The position numbers were made by a program, and so were the translations under genes. From Epithemia pelagica (lineage: Eukaryota > Protista > Bacillariophyta), in assembly GCA_946965045.2 (NCBI GenBank), contig OX337241.1, forward strand, positions 3,100,001 through 3,164,000: a DNA stretch of 64,000 bases, given 5' to 3'. The notes under the pieces are model-generated. The model saw only the letters and a list, made by a program, of their open reading frames with translations, was not told where the DNA came from and ran no database searches. Positions within the stretch are counted from its first letter, which is position 1. Each line of letters begins with the position of its first letter. Positions 1 to 9,957 of the stretch are shown here, piece by piece.

Positions 1-19
1 TCTATACGTTATTCCAAGA

Positions 20-1864
20 ATGCTATGCCTAATTTGTTGTATGTCTGTCAAGGAAACAAACACGGACTCGAATGTAATCGAAGTCGATAGTGCTACGCCC
101 GATTTTGAACGGGCCAGTCAAATTTTTACGGAAACGATTGGAGTACGAATTGACGAAGCGTGCGTTAGAAAGTTGTGGGCGAGTTGCTTTGTCCCGAAGC
201 AACTGAATGCTATCAAAGTAAATATGACGGGCAAAGAGTTAGTCGTTCAACGTAATCCGGCCGAAATATCGGATCTTACTGAAAAAGGAAACGAAGAATC
301 AGGGGATGTATCCCGCATTCCAGTACGGCATCCAATTCAAGATGATCGAGCAACGAGGGTAATCAGGAGTGAGAATGTCAATAAGGAAACACAACTTATT
401 GAAATGGCTCGTAAAAATTCGACGCCAAAGGAGATAAGTCCTTCGAATGGCGGGGCGATTTCAACAAACGCATCAGTTCCATTGGGTGTGGCTGCCTGTG
501 AGATAGAGGAAAATCACAATGAGGAGATAGCCGAGCACGAGTCAATTGATTCAGAGAGTATAGATGTGTCACAACCTTTGTTCGAAGACGTAGCAAATGC
601 AATCAACAGAGATAACACAGTTGCCATGCAGAAGATGTCGGAAACACGTAAGGACTTTGAGCAAGAATCAGGTGATTCGATTGTTATGGCAATGGGAACG
701 ACAGATGGTCATGCCGGTAAAGACAGAGAGAGGAATTCTGATACACAAGATAATACAAATCTTTCGAAGACAGCTCGATCTAATGGTAAAAATGTACAAG
801 ATCAAGAATCGTTGGTTACGCAGGTACAGGAGAGCGGGGATTGTGCTCTAACGACACAAAACAGAAACAGCCAGGGGCAAACAACACTCCTTTCGAAAGA
901 AGTACAGGAGAGCGGGGGTTGTGCTCTAACGACACAAAACAGAAACAGCCAGGGGCAAACAACACTCCTTTCGAAAGAGAGTGCCCATAGACAGGATTCA
1001 CTGGATACGCAGAGGAATGAGAGCAGTGACGTTGCTCTACGGAATAAAAAGGAAAAACTTCAGGTACAGGCCATGCTCGTGGATGGGCAATCTCAGTTAG
1101 ATGAAAGATTGAACACTGTTCTTCCGTTGGAACATGAAAATGTCCAGGAACAAACAAGAACCGAGAATACTCGCGACTCGTCGAAAGGTGCAAGAGAGGT
1201 AGACGTGGGCAAGGTGCGTATATTGTGACAAGGTTTTCTTTGTTTGTGAACAATCGTGGTGAACTGATCTTTGGTGTGTTTGGTAGCAGGGCAAAAGTTC
1301 CCCTCCAAAAAAGAGAAAGGTACGGTTGTATTTTTGTCTTTGTTGAGAGAATGAATCAGTTCTCTCATTATAGTTTCTTCTTTGTGTGAAAACTTCTGAG
1401 TACAGGGTACGGATTGTGAACAGAGAAAACGACAGTCCACTAAACGACCCTCCCCACCGAAACGAGTCTCCCCACGGAAACAAGCCAAGAAGCATCAGTG
1501 TGCAGGAAGTCCGAAAGAGGGAGAGCAATGTGTACAATGTCCAAAAGAAAATCATGATCTGGGCCTTCTGATTCGGCAAGACACGTCGACATATTTCAAA
1601 GAAGACTATTACAATCGAAATACAAATTGGCCGTCGACATGTGTAAAATGTAACCAAAGGTTCGGAGGCCTTGGTAAAAAGGTAAATCAAACAAATCCGG
1701 TAATGGCTTGCAAAAACGCATGTGTGACGGGTCATCCATGTAAACATGCATATTGTAACGAATGTTACGTGAATTTGATGAGAGAGAAAATGAAACAAGA
1801 CGACATGGAAGCAGGAGCAGGTACGAGATCAATGAGGACACGTAATAAATCAAGAGTGGTATGA
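20..1864 (+). CDS. Spliced gene (exons <=20-1213, 1287-1319, 1406-1864): long low-complexity N-terminus plus Cys/His-rich, zinc-finger-like C-terminus; probable accessory ORF of a DNA transposon; may start upstream of the window
   Basis: ORF 20-1228 breaks at AAG|GTGCGT (1214). TAG|CAG at 1286 gives a short exon QGKSSPPKKRK. A second intron 1320 GTACGG...TACAG 1405 returns to the original frame and gives ...CVQCPKENH...WPSTCVKCNQRF...MACKNACVTGHPCKHAYCNECY, ending in TGA at 1862-1864. Splicing is inferred from sequence only. Confidence 0.55.
824..979 (+). repeat. 78-bp (26-aa) in-frame tandem duplication
   Basis: VQESG(D/G)CALTTQNRNSQGQTTLLSKE occurs twice; copies start at 824 and 902. Confidence 0.95.
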
Positions 1865-2502
1865 GGAAAAAGGTGTGGCGTGATGGTATAAAGAGATATA
1901 TGAGAGTTGGTACTACCAAATATAAATTTATAATAGTTCTTTCGTCAACCTCTCCTGTTTGTGATGTGTCTGTCTCTATGTATAAATATAGATCTCGTCT
2001 CTCTCTCCATCTCTCATGTCCCGCGACGATCCACATCACACAAAAACGATGTGGTAACTGAATAGTTTAACAGAATAAAGAGTTCAATATAATCGGTTGA
2101 TTGCTTCGATTAATATTAACCGGTTAGATGATGCCTCTGATGACTGACTAATAATGAGAGGTGACAGATTAAATATCTTATCGACTGAATAGCTTGAGCA
2201 GTTAGGCGTTCCGGGTTAACTGATTATATTTTACTTACCGATTATTAACTGGATTGGTGATTTTCTGTCAGAATAAGAGAATATGGTTAACCGAATAAGG
2301 TTTGGGGGGGCGGGTTTTTATAAAGAATTTTAAACTGTCGCTATTGACTGTATAAGTTAAACTGTTGGTAAACGGTTTGGAAATGACTTGCAGTGTACGG
2401 TCTCCACGCAAAAAAAGCAAAGCGCTTCCACGCGTTGCTCTCAAAAATACTTTCTCTCGTGCTGCCATTTCTTGTCAACGTATTGTAGTAGAGCGCTGTA
2501 CC

Positions 2503-3699
2503 ATGACAACGTTACTGAAAGAACAAGCATGGCAGTCGGGCCTTGTCTTATCGGACGAGACACCAGAGTGGAATCAAAATGACTGGCCTCCACTTGTGGG
2601 TGGATGGCGTGCAGGTCATGCTACGGTCGTACTCGATCATCTCGATACGGAAAACGAGACCAACGACAGGGGGCAGACGGTCGTCGTGTTGGGAGGATGG
2701 CAACAAGGCCAAGGTGTCACCAAATCCGTTCTTGTATTGAACTTAGCAGACCCAGACAGGCAATGGCGAGAAGGGCCACCCATGAACAAGAGTCGTGAAG
2801 GACATGCCGCTGTTGTTTGCAACGGAGGTGTTTATGTTGTTGGAGGAGACGACAGTATTTTTACATGTTTGAATTGCATCGAAAGAATCGATTCCAATGA
2901 TTTGCTGCAATCATCTACAACAAACAGCAACACACATGAGCGTCATTGGACGACATTAAACTGTCGTTTATCAGTGGAACGATTTGGATGTTGTGCTGTT
3001 GCGGTTCACAACCGATACATCGTTGTAATGGGTGGCTGTTCCAACGATCGCTACTTGTCGTCGGTGGATATTATAGATACAAACAATTATACTGTCACTG
3101 CGGGGCCAAGCATGACTGTTCCACGACGAGGGTGTTCCAGTGCGGTCATTGGACACCGCATCTTTGTCGTTGGAGGCCGAAACGATGACAACGTACTTGA
3201 TTCGGTGGAGTATGTGGACTTTGCAGAGGAGAGAAAAGACGATACTTTGCGTTCAGTCATTTCCTTCTCACCCACCTGGATCACTCATTCTGAGTTGGTG
3301 CTTTCCAATACACGAAGTTCTTGCGCAGTGATTGCCGTGGGTTCTTGTCTGGTGGTGGTGGGAGAATGGGGCAATTCAACCGTGGAAGTCTTGGATACTC
3401 ACCGTAACCGTGTGTGGAATCTCCCGCTGTTGGGAAATCACCGCAATGGCTGCAGTCTAGTGACTGTTGCCAATCAAGTTGCCGTGATTGGTGGATGGGA
3501 GAATCCTTCCTGTGCGACATTACCACTAATGGATAGGAATTCATGGTGTTTTCGTCGACTTTGTGAGCAGCAATCGAACGGATGGTATCATTCTCTTGAA
3601 GGTATTTGTATCCGAGATGCTGATGTCTCACCCTCCTGCACATTGACATCAGCTCGTAAACGGGCAAGGCCCAATACACGCCGTTGTGATAAAGGCTAG
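2503..3699 (+). CDS. Kelch-repeat beta-propeller protein, copy K1
   Basis: Six Kelch repeats with GG doublets and W/R signature (HAAVVCNGGVYVVGG, SSAVIGHRIFVVGG). Conserved start MTTLLKEQAWQSGL at 2503; C-terminal RKRAR. Confidence 0.9.
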   Translation: MTTLLKEQAWQSGLVLSDETPEWNQNDWPPLVGGWRAGHATVVLDHLDTENETNDRGQTVVVLGGWQQGQGVTKSVLVLNLADPDRQWREGPPMNKSREGHAAVVCNGGVYVVGGDDSIFTCLNCIERIDSNDLLQSSTTNSNTHERHWTTLNCRLSVERFGCCAVAVHNRYIVVMGGCSNDRYLSSVDIIDTNNYTVTAGPSMTVPRRGCSSAVIGHRIFVVGGRNDDNVLDSVEYVDFAEERKDDTLRSVISFSPTWITHSELVLSNTRSSCAVIAVGSCLVVVGEWGNSTVEVLDTHRNRVWNLPLLGNHRNGCSLVTVANQVAVIGGWENPSCATLPLMDRNSWCFRRLCEQQSNGWYHSLEGICIRDADVSPSCTLTSARKRARPNTRRCDKG

Positions 3700-3854
3700 G
3701 AAAACTTGAAGTGGGCATCACGTTGCGTTAATGTCCTACAATGGCAAAACTTGCGAATAATCATTTTGATCTCGAACAGTTTTCTTATTGTCTGTTAGCT
3801 GTGGAGTTCTCATGTGAATCCTTATAGCATAAACGAAATCATGTATCCGGTAGA

Positions 3855-4626
3855 CCGCTACCTTTATCACTCGTCGTTCTACCGTCGTCGTGCCCTTCCC
3901 CACTCACTGAGGAGTGGGTCACTCCCCACACTCACACTACCTAAGCCCCAAAACTTACTGTACATGGATATTTTGTTTTAGTGTAGCAATCTAGACTAGC
4001 CCGGGAAACGAAAAAGTAGGTGTTGGTTGTTGGTGCTGTGTTGTGTGTTGTGTTGTTGTATCAGTCGGAGTGGGAAATGGGGAACATTGACTATAAGTAT
4101 TCTGTTTGAGTATTAAAAGAACAAGCACGCCTCGGAGTTTGATTGGCATGCAATGAATGTGGGACGAATGATACTTAGACATTGAGCGTTATAAGTTATC
4201 CGATATATTTGTATGTGATCCCTTAATTGACCGGGTTATTTACAAAGGATTAAAGATTACCTAGTGCGCCATCATGAGTATGGCCAGCGTAAGTCTTTAA
4301 GACTAATTAGGCTCACGAGTACTAAGTATATTTTAAGAGTACCGATCACTTCGGAAGACCGGAAAATACCTAAAGCGCGCTGGCACGACTCCTCGTGACA
4401 AAGGAAGCTAACATACTTTAATAGCCCCGGGGGACTCCTCGTCGCAGGGCGCTCCTCGTGGCTTAACTCCTCGTCGGGCAATAGCTTCTTGTCGTGGACT
4501 GCCCCCTCGATCCGCTTACGCGGATCTCACAGGGGCAGTCCACTCCTCGTCGCTATTGCCCTTCTCGGAGTTATGCCACTCCTCACACCCTAGCTCCTCC
4601 TCGTCCCACCCTGGCTATTAAAGTAG
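3855..4626. mobile_element. ~780-bp single-copy insertion of unknown class in the K1 3' flank
   Basis: The K1 flank aligns loosely with the K5 flank (17760-17900) on both sides of this block but not within it. GTAGA occurs at both ends (3850-3854, 4623-4627). No coding capacity is recognisable. Confidence 0.4.
4414..4625. repeat. 212-nt long imperfect palindrome (rod-like hairpin) with pyrimidine-rich internal loops
   Basis: Stems: TACTTTAATAGCC/GGCTATTAAAGTA (13 bp), GGGAC/GTCCC, GTGGCTTAACTCC/GGAGTTATGCCAC (1 mismatch), GGGCAATAGC/GCTATTGCCC, GTGGACTGCCCC/GGGGCAGTCCAC, GATCCGC-TTAC-GCGGATC. Confidence 0.92.
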
Positions 4627-6555
4627 ATTTACGACTGTTCCGAAACGAGAAAACAATACCATGCATTATGCAGAATTTTATTGTCGTTGTGTTGAGTGCT
4701 TTGGCAGTCCCTGCGGTATTTCTCCGTGGAGGAAAATAATCGAATGCAAGAAATGGTTTGGCAAAAGCCGCTTCTTTTGCTGGACTCCAATCTTCTCACA
4801 AACTAGTCAATGCGATGACTGCAGAGGATGGAAATCTCGTTCTATTATATGAGAGAGCAACGGAGATCACCAAGCTCAATGTTGTTCCAAATCTCACCGT
4901 CTTCAAACTCTACGGTATACAACCATGTACCAGGACTGTAAAAGGGGCGTCGCGATTTGCCATGTGTCCGACTACACTCGACCGCAATCACACGGGAATC
5001 TTCATTCGCCCACGTGGCTGTTTCGGTCTCTTGCTGTCGTCAGTATTATTGTCATCGAAGACTCGTACCTGATTCGTTTCTCCAATCACGGTAGGGGGAT
5101 CAAAGTCTGTGACATTGCGAGCAGTCGATGATGATACCTTGTCAATCGTCTCCAACGCCCAACCCCCTCCAGAGTTGATTGAAGACGATTTGACTGAGGA
5201 CGAGCCAAGGACAATAATGCAGCAGTAGAGTAGAGTCCACAAGGAAGAAAATGTGAATCACGTCATGGCCGTTTTGGAATCATTGTCGCTGACACCACAT
5301 GATATGAATCCTACAAAGACGATTCGACAGAGGACGATCCACGGACAACTATCCACACAACATTGAGAAAAGAGAGATTTGTGCTATTGCAATGAGAGAT
5401 TGAATCGAGACTTGGTCCACGCCTTCATTGGCCGTCGTCAACAGCCGTTGTTGCAGTTGAAGCAAGGTAAGGTTGGTACGACATGTGGATAGGCCGGTAC
5501 ACACCAAACCGCCGTTCCGACAAGAACAGTTCCATGGTTGCGCGAAGCAACCGATGCAGCACGGAGTATATGGCTTTCCCTTGTCTATGACTGATGAGAC
5601 ATCATTGTCCGCTACTTCCTTGTTGTGGCAAAAATCGAGCGGGCTCCCCTGTTTGTTGTGCATGCCGTAATGCCTGGTAAATCGAGTGAGCCACTGCACC
5701 ATGTGCCGTTCACAGGAGCGTTATGGGTGTTGACAAAGGCTTTAGACTGTGTCGTTTCAAATGACGATTGCCACAATGACCCTTGCAAGGCCCAAATGGT
5801 ACAATCCACACAACGGAGCGAGTCGACAAAGTACTTTGGATTGTCCGCATAACCGCAAGGAGAAGCCACCGTGGTGGGTCATTGATGGCGAGAATGACTC
5901 CCCATCGCAAGAATGACTCGTCCCCATCGAGTGCTGATCAATGTTGGCAACCGCCTGTAATAAGTGCTCCACCACCATTCGTCGTTTCAAGCTCGCGGGC
6001 TGATCCTGGGCCTCGCAACTCAATTGTCACGGATTGAAGGAGGTCACTTCATGGTTGTTGTTATCTATCATCGTATCCGGAAGAGACAGGTGGGTCAAAT
6101 TGCTCTCAAGTCGTCTCGTCGTCGCCGTCATCGTCGTCGATGTTACGAAGTAATTCCCAGCGGGGATGAGGAGTGGGGTCGCATGTGTGTCGTTCTTTTG
6201 GTGTTCTAACTACTCATTCACGAATTCTCATGACTCACCCCCGCTGGGGCATAGCGATATCAACGTCTTGTACCTACAGTCTTTAGGACAGTACAAAATA
6301 TTAGAAGCGCTAGGAATGTTTCGTGGCGTCGAGAACAACGGAGTCGACGACAATGGACGATGTGGAATGTGGACGGCCATATCTCAAGTTCCAAGTTCCA
6401 ACCCATCATCATCACAACATGCACTGCGCAACTTTACAGCAATCGTACAGTCATATCATGAATTCCAGATGACTTTTGATGCTTAAAAGACGCCGAACGA
6501 GGTTGCAATGATCAACCGTGGAACAAGAGCAGTGTCAACTGTCAACAACAGCTCA

Positions 6556-7901
6556 ATGGCGCATCATGGGATCGATTTGCCGACCGATTGGCTTTTTCGG
6601 ACGACACGATGGTCAGTGTGGCCCGACAATTGCAACGTCACATCAACCAGGTCTTGTATAATGACGCCGAACTAGAACCTGTGGCAGATAACAAGGATGA
6701 GGTGGAGTTGCAGGGCTATGCCACCACGTTGGTGTGGAAAACACCCTTTGAGTCCTTGTATCTCGACAGCAAGAAATTCAAAACAAGCACCCTGAATCCA
6801 TTGGAGGCTTTGCAATGTGCCTTGGATGACTTTGAACGCGTCAATGTCGCCCTGACAGCGGGTCGACCCCTGCCAAACGACGACAAGGACAACCAACGAC
6901 GACTATCGATGGAACTGCACTGGGAAGTGTCCTTGGCTTGGTAGGAAGTCGCGTGGGAACCTCGGGTCCTCTTGGTCGGATCGTCCCACTTGCAATTGGA
7001 ACGACAACTCGATTCGTCGTCCTGGACAATTGTGCAACAAGACGATTTCTTGTTTGGTGGACATGACACCAACAACAACAAGAACGATCAAGTGTCCCTG
7101 TTGCGCAATCACTACCTCGCCAGTCAATTAGTGCCGCGCTTTTGGGATTTGTATCACATTGGCATGACACCGTCCGCCGAAGTGCAACCACACGTTGTGG
7201 TGCAAAAACGACGTGGCTATGAAATTTGGGATTGGCCCGGACGATGGTATGTGACACCGACAGTGGTCGATACGACAATGGATCGGACGGTCCAATTGGC
7301 CCAAGTCTTGCCGAGTCATGCCTTTGGCGTGTCGGCTCTGTCGACCGTGGGACCGACCCAAGAACGATTTGTTCCCACCTCGCCGCTCGAACTCCAAATT
7401 CGCAGCAACAACAACAACGCGACGAATGGAGTGTTGCTGCAATGGCAGATTCCTCTTTCGGTCGAACTTCAATCGCAACTCGTGTGGCCTCCCGCCACCA
7501 GCAAGGATGTTGAGGAGGAGGACGAACCAGACACGACAGCCGAGGAACCGTCATCCTCGACCAGTACGACAACGACGACGATAACAAGCATGGAACCCGA
7601 GTGTCGGTATACATGGGTGGGCCCCCGACGAGTGGCGGTCGTTCCCTTTGCTGGCACTCCGACGGCGCGACAAGCCTTGTATCAAGCCGTGATCCAAGAG
7701 GGCCACTACCAACCCAAACTCACCACCGCAACAACGACTGGAACGGGTCGTCCCCAATTCACCTTTTGGAACCAGGCCTTCAAGGGCTGCTTTACGGCCA
7801 ATGGATTGGGCATGGCAGTCTATGAATGGCGACCCAATTCGTTGCCCTGGTTGGCCCAAAACTACTACGTCGGGTTGGAGCTCGAAGTGCCCGAACCATA
7901 G
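6556..7901 (+). pseudogene. SOUL heme-binding-like protein with a SnoaL/DUF2358-like N-terminal region; 5'-truncated, with an in-frame TAG at 6942-6944
   Basis: ORFs 6588-6944 and 6972-7901 share a frame, and the paralog has TAC at the stop position (42225). Motifs PSAEVQPHVVVQKRRGYEIWDWP and RRVAVVPFAG...ALYQAV...G resemble SOUL-domain signatures. The domain call is by eye. Confidence 0.5.
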
Positions 7902-8485
7902 TAAAAACGTTTTTCAATAGCGTCACGGAAGGGGATGGTTCGTAGGCGTTCTAGCTATAATAGGTTCGCATCTTGTCCTGCCGTACTGACACATGTAGTA
8001 GTATTCGCATAAAAGAATCTACAGGCCTACTCCTAGTACCATATCGGTATGGACGGGACAATGGTGTGTGGTACTAATAGCTAGTGACCATAGTTCTACG
8101 GTATAGTACTCTCGTAATAGCGAGGTGATTCGTCGTCGTCGTCCCATTGCCTCAGGACTCAGGACCCCAATCGCACAGAAATCGAACTATCGTGTAGTTT
8201 GGTAGCTTGGGCAACATGGGAGTTGCATGAACGATTGCGGGGGTTCCAGTCGTTCCATGGTTTTCGCGGTTACGACTTTGGTTTCCCAGCAAAAATTGGA
8301 CAGACTGACAGACCCTGCGCTCGCAAGCACTATCCCCCAGCGGGGGTTAGTCAGTCCCGTACTCTCCGTCCGAACAGAAACTTGCGTCGTGCCCCTAATA
8401 GTGCGACTAAAAGGGTCGCCTATACTGCTTGGGTGTAACACACACACGTTCTTCTATTATAATATGTGGCTTTCCACACAACAGG

Positions 8486-9169
8486 ATGAACGGTCCAACG
8501 AAAAAGCCTCGCTTGGAAGCCATCAATTCGACGATGATGAGTGCAAGCGACATGGAGATGGACGAAGGATCCCAACTGTCGGCAGAATGGAAAACATTCG
8601 TGCAGGATAATGATTTCGACGTCAGTATTGTCCAGAAGTTGAAAAAAGCCAAGTCATACATCCTTTCCTCGAAAGCAGAGAAACAAGTTCGTGCCGGTAT
8701 TCTCGTAGGAGCTCTTCTCCAGCCAAATTTTACGGAGGATCATGCGAAAGAGGCCTTGGAAATCTTGTTCCCGGAACTGGAAGAGCCCAAATCCAATCAT
8801 CGAGGTCCCAGCATTGTGGATGGTTTGGATACAAAGCTTGTGCACACCCTCGACTTGAAAGCCTTTGGGGAACGCATCGAAAATCTCTTTTTGTGGCATA
8901 CAAACTCTGCGATTTCTATGAAATATCGGGCTCCCTACTTTTCACTCGTTCAATCAAGTGGAATGGGAAAAACCAAATTGTTTCAAGAGTTTCGCGACCG
9001 TTACAACCAACAGGAAGGACAACACTGTCAAACGATCCTCTGTCTGGACGTACATCTCAGCTCGGAAACTAGACACAAGTTTTTTGACCACCAACTCGTC
9101 CAAACCACCGACACTATCGTGGAGACCGTCTTTGAAAGAATGGACAGCATTATTCGTGGATTCATGTAA
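8486..9169 (+). pseudogene. 5' fragment of a P-loop NTPase gene, truncated shortly after Walker A
   Basis: YRAPYFSLVQSSGMGKTKL is a Walker-A-like motif. The ORF ends where the class-A Kelch upstream module begins (TCATG(T/A)AATCTATG at 9162). N-terminal PTKKPRL is basic/NLS-like. Confidence 0.65.
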
Positions 9170-9339
9170 TCTATGAGCGATTGATTGATTGCTGATTGCC
9201 CTTCACCATCGTACGCATGACAGACACCCTCCCTGCACTCTTCACCCCACAGACTCTACAAAACAAAAAACTTCGACGCGTTGCTCTATTACAAATACCC
9301 TCTCGTTTGTCCACGTCAACTTTGCAAAGCGCCGCGACC

Positions 9340-9714
9340 ATGACAACGACACTGAAAGAACAAGCATGGCAGTCGGGTCTTGTCCTTTACGACGAGACAG
9401 CCGCATGGAATGTAAACGACTGGCCTCCTCTTGTGGGAGGAGCTCGTGGAGATCATGCTACGGTCGTTCTTGATCATCCCGATACGGACAAGGACAACAA
9501 CAACAAGGAACACACCGTCGTCGTGATGGGAGGATATCAAAGAGGTCGAGGCGAGCTCGATTCCGTTCTTGTATTGAATCTATCAGACCCAGACAAGCAA
9601 TGGCAAGAAGGACCACCTATGAACAAGAGTCGTCGTGGACATGCCGCTGTTGTGTGTAATGGAGGCATCTACGTGATTGGAGGATACAATGGAAATTCAC
9701 GTCTGGATTGCATC
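9340..9714 (+). pseudogene. Kelch copy K2, 3'-truncated within the second blade
   Basis: MTTTLKEQAW...SRLDCI, then a switch at CATC (9711-9714) into the upstream module of K3. Confidence 0.88.
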
Positions 9715-9957
9715 ATACAAAAGGACCTCTTCATCACAAATGCTGTCACTCTCTCCCTTTCGTCGTCGACCAAAAGATACTTTTTGGGGCTTGTCATGAA
9801 ATCTATGTGCGATTGATTTCTCTTCACCATCGTACGCAGGACAGGCACACCTTACGGTCTCCACGCAAAAAAAGCAAAGCGCTTCCACGCGTTGCTCTCA
9901 AAAATACTTTCTCTCGTGCTGCCATTTCTTGTCAACGTATTAGTAAAGCGCTGTACC
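9712..9957 (+). promoter_or_regulatory. Class-A Kelch upstream module (putative promoter/5'UTR); also before K1 (partial), K2, K4, K8, K9 and K12
   Basis: Recurring GGACCTCTTCATCACAAAT...CATGAAATCTATGTGCGATTGA...CATCGTACGCAGGACAGGCAC...CCACGCGTTGCT immediately 5' of these ATGs. Regulatory function is inferred from position only. Confidence 0.45.

Larger units (their letters stand above)
1..2395. mobile_element. Right-hand portion of a CACTA/CMC(EnSpm)-like DNA transposon (left end outside the window)
   Basis: The sequence ends ...CTTGCAGTG (reverse complement CACTGCAAG) followed by TA (2396-2397). The paralogous empty site at 9853 reads CACACCT-TA-CGGTCTCC, against CAGTG-TA-CGGTCTCC here. 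About 12 subterminal repeats of consensus AC(T/C/A)GA(A/T)TA lie in AT-rich 2055-2355. Confidence 0.55.

Noticed and set aside
3530-3575. SOCS/BC-box in the Kelch C-terminal WCFRRLCEQ motif
   Set aside because: Only FxxLC resembles the consensus; the preceding (S/T/P)L and the downstream cullin box are missing.
3907-3929. Hammerhead ribozyme (CTGAGGA followed by a GTGGG/CCCAC stem)
   Set aside because: The required GAAA after stem II is absent (ACTC follows). Similar partial motifs near 28069 and 36646 also lack the full core.
6942-6950. Programmed readthrough of the TAG in the SOUL-like gene
   Set aside because: The context TAG-GAAGTC is not a known readthrough motif and the paralog has TAC, so a simple nonsense mutation is more parsimonious.
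8486-9714. NTPase-Kelch fusion protein (NLR-like integrated domain)
   Set aside because: The NTPase ORF stops at 9169 in a different frame from K2, no convincing splice was seen, and both parts are truncated.
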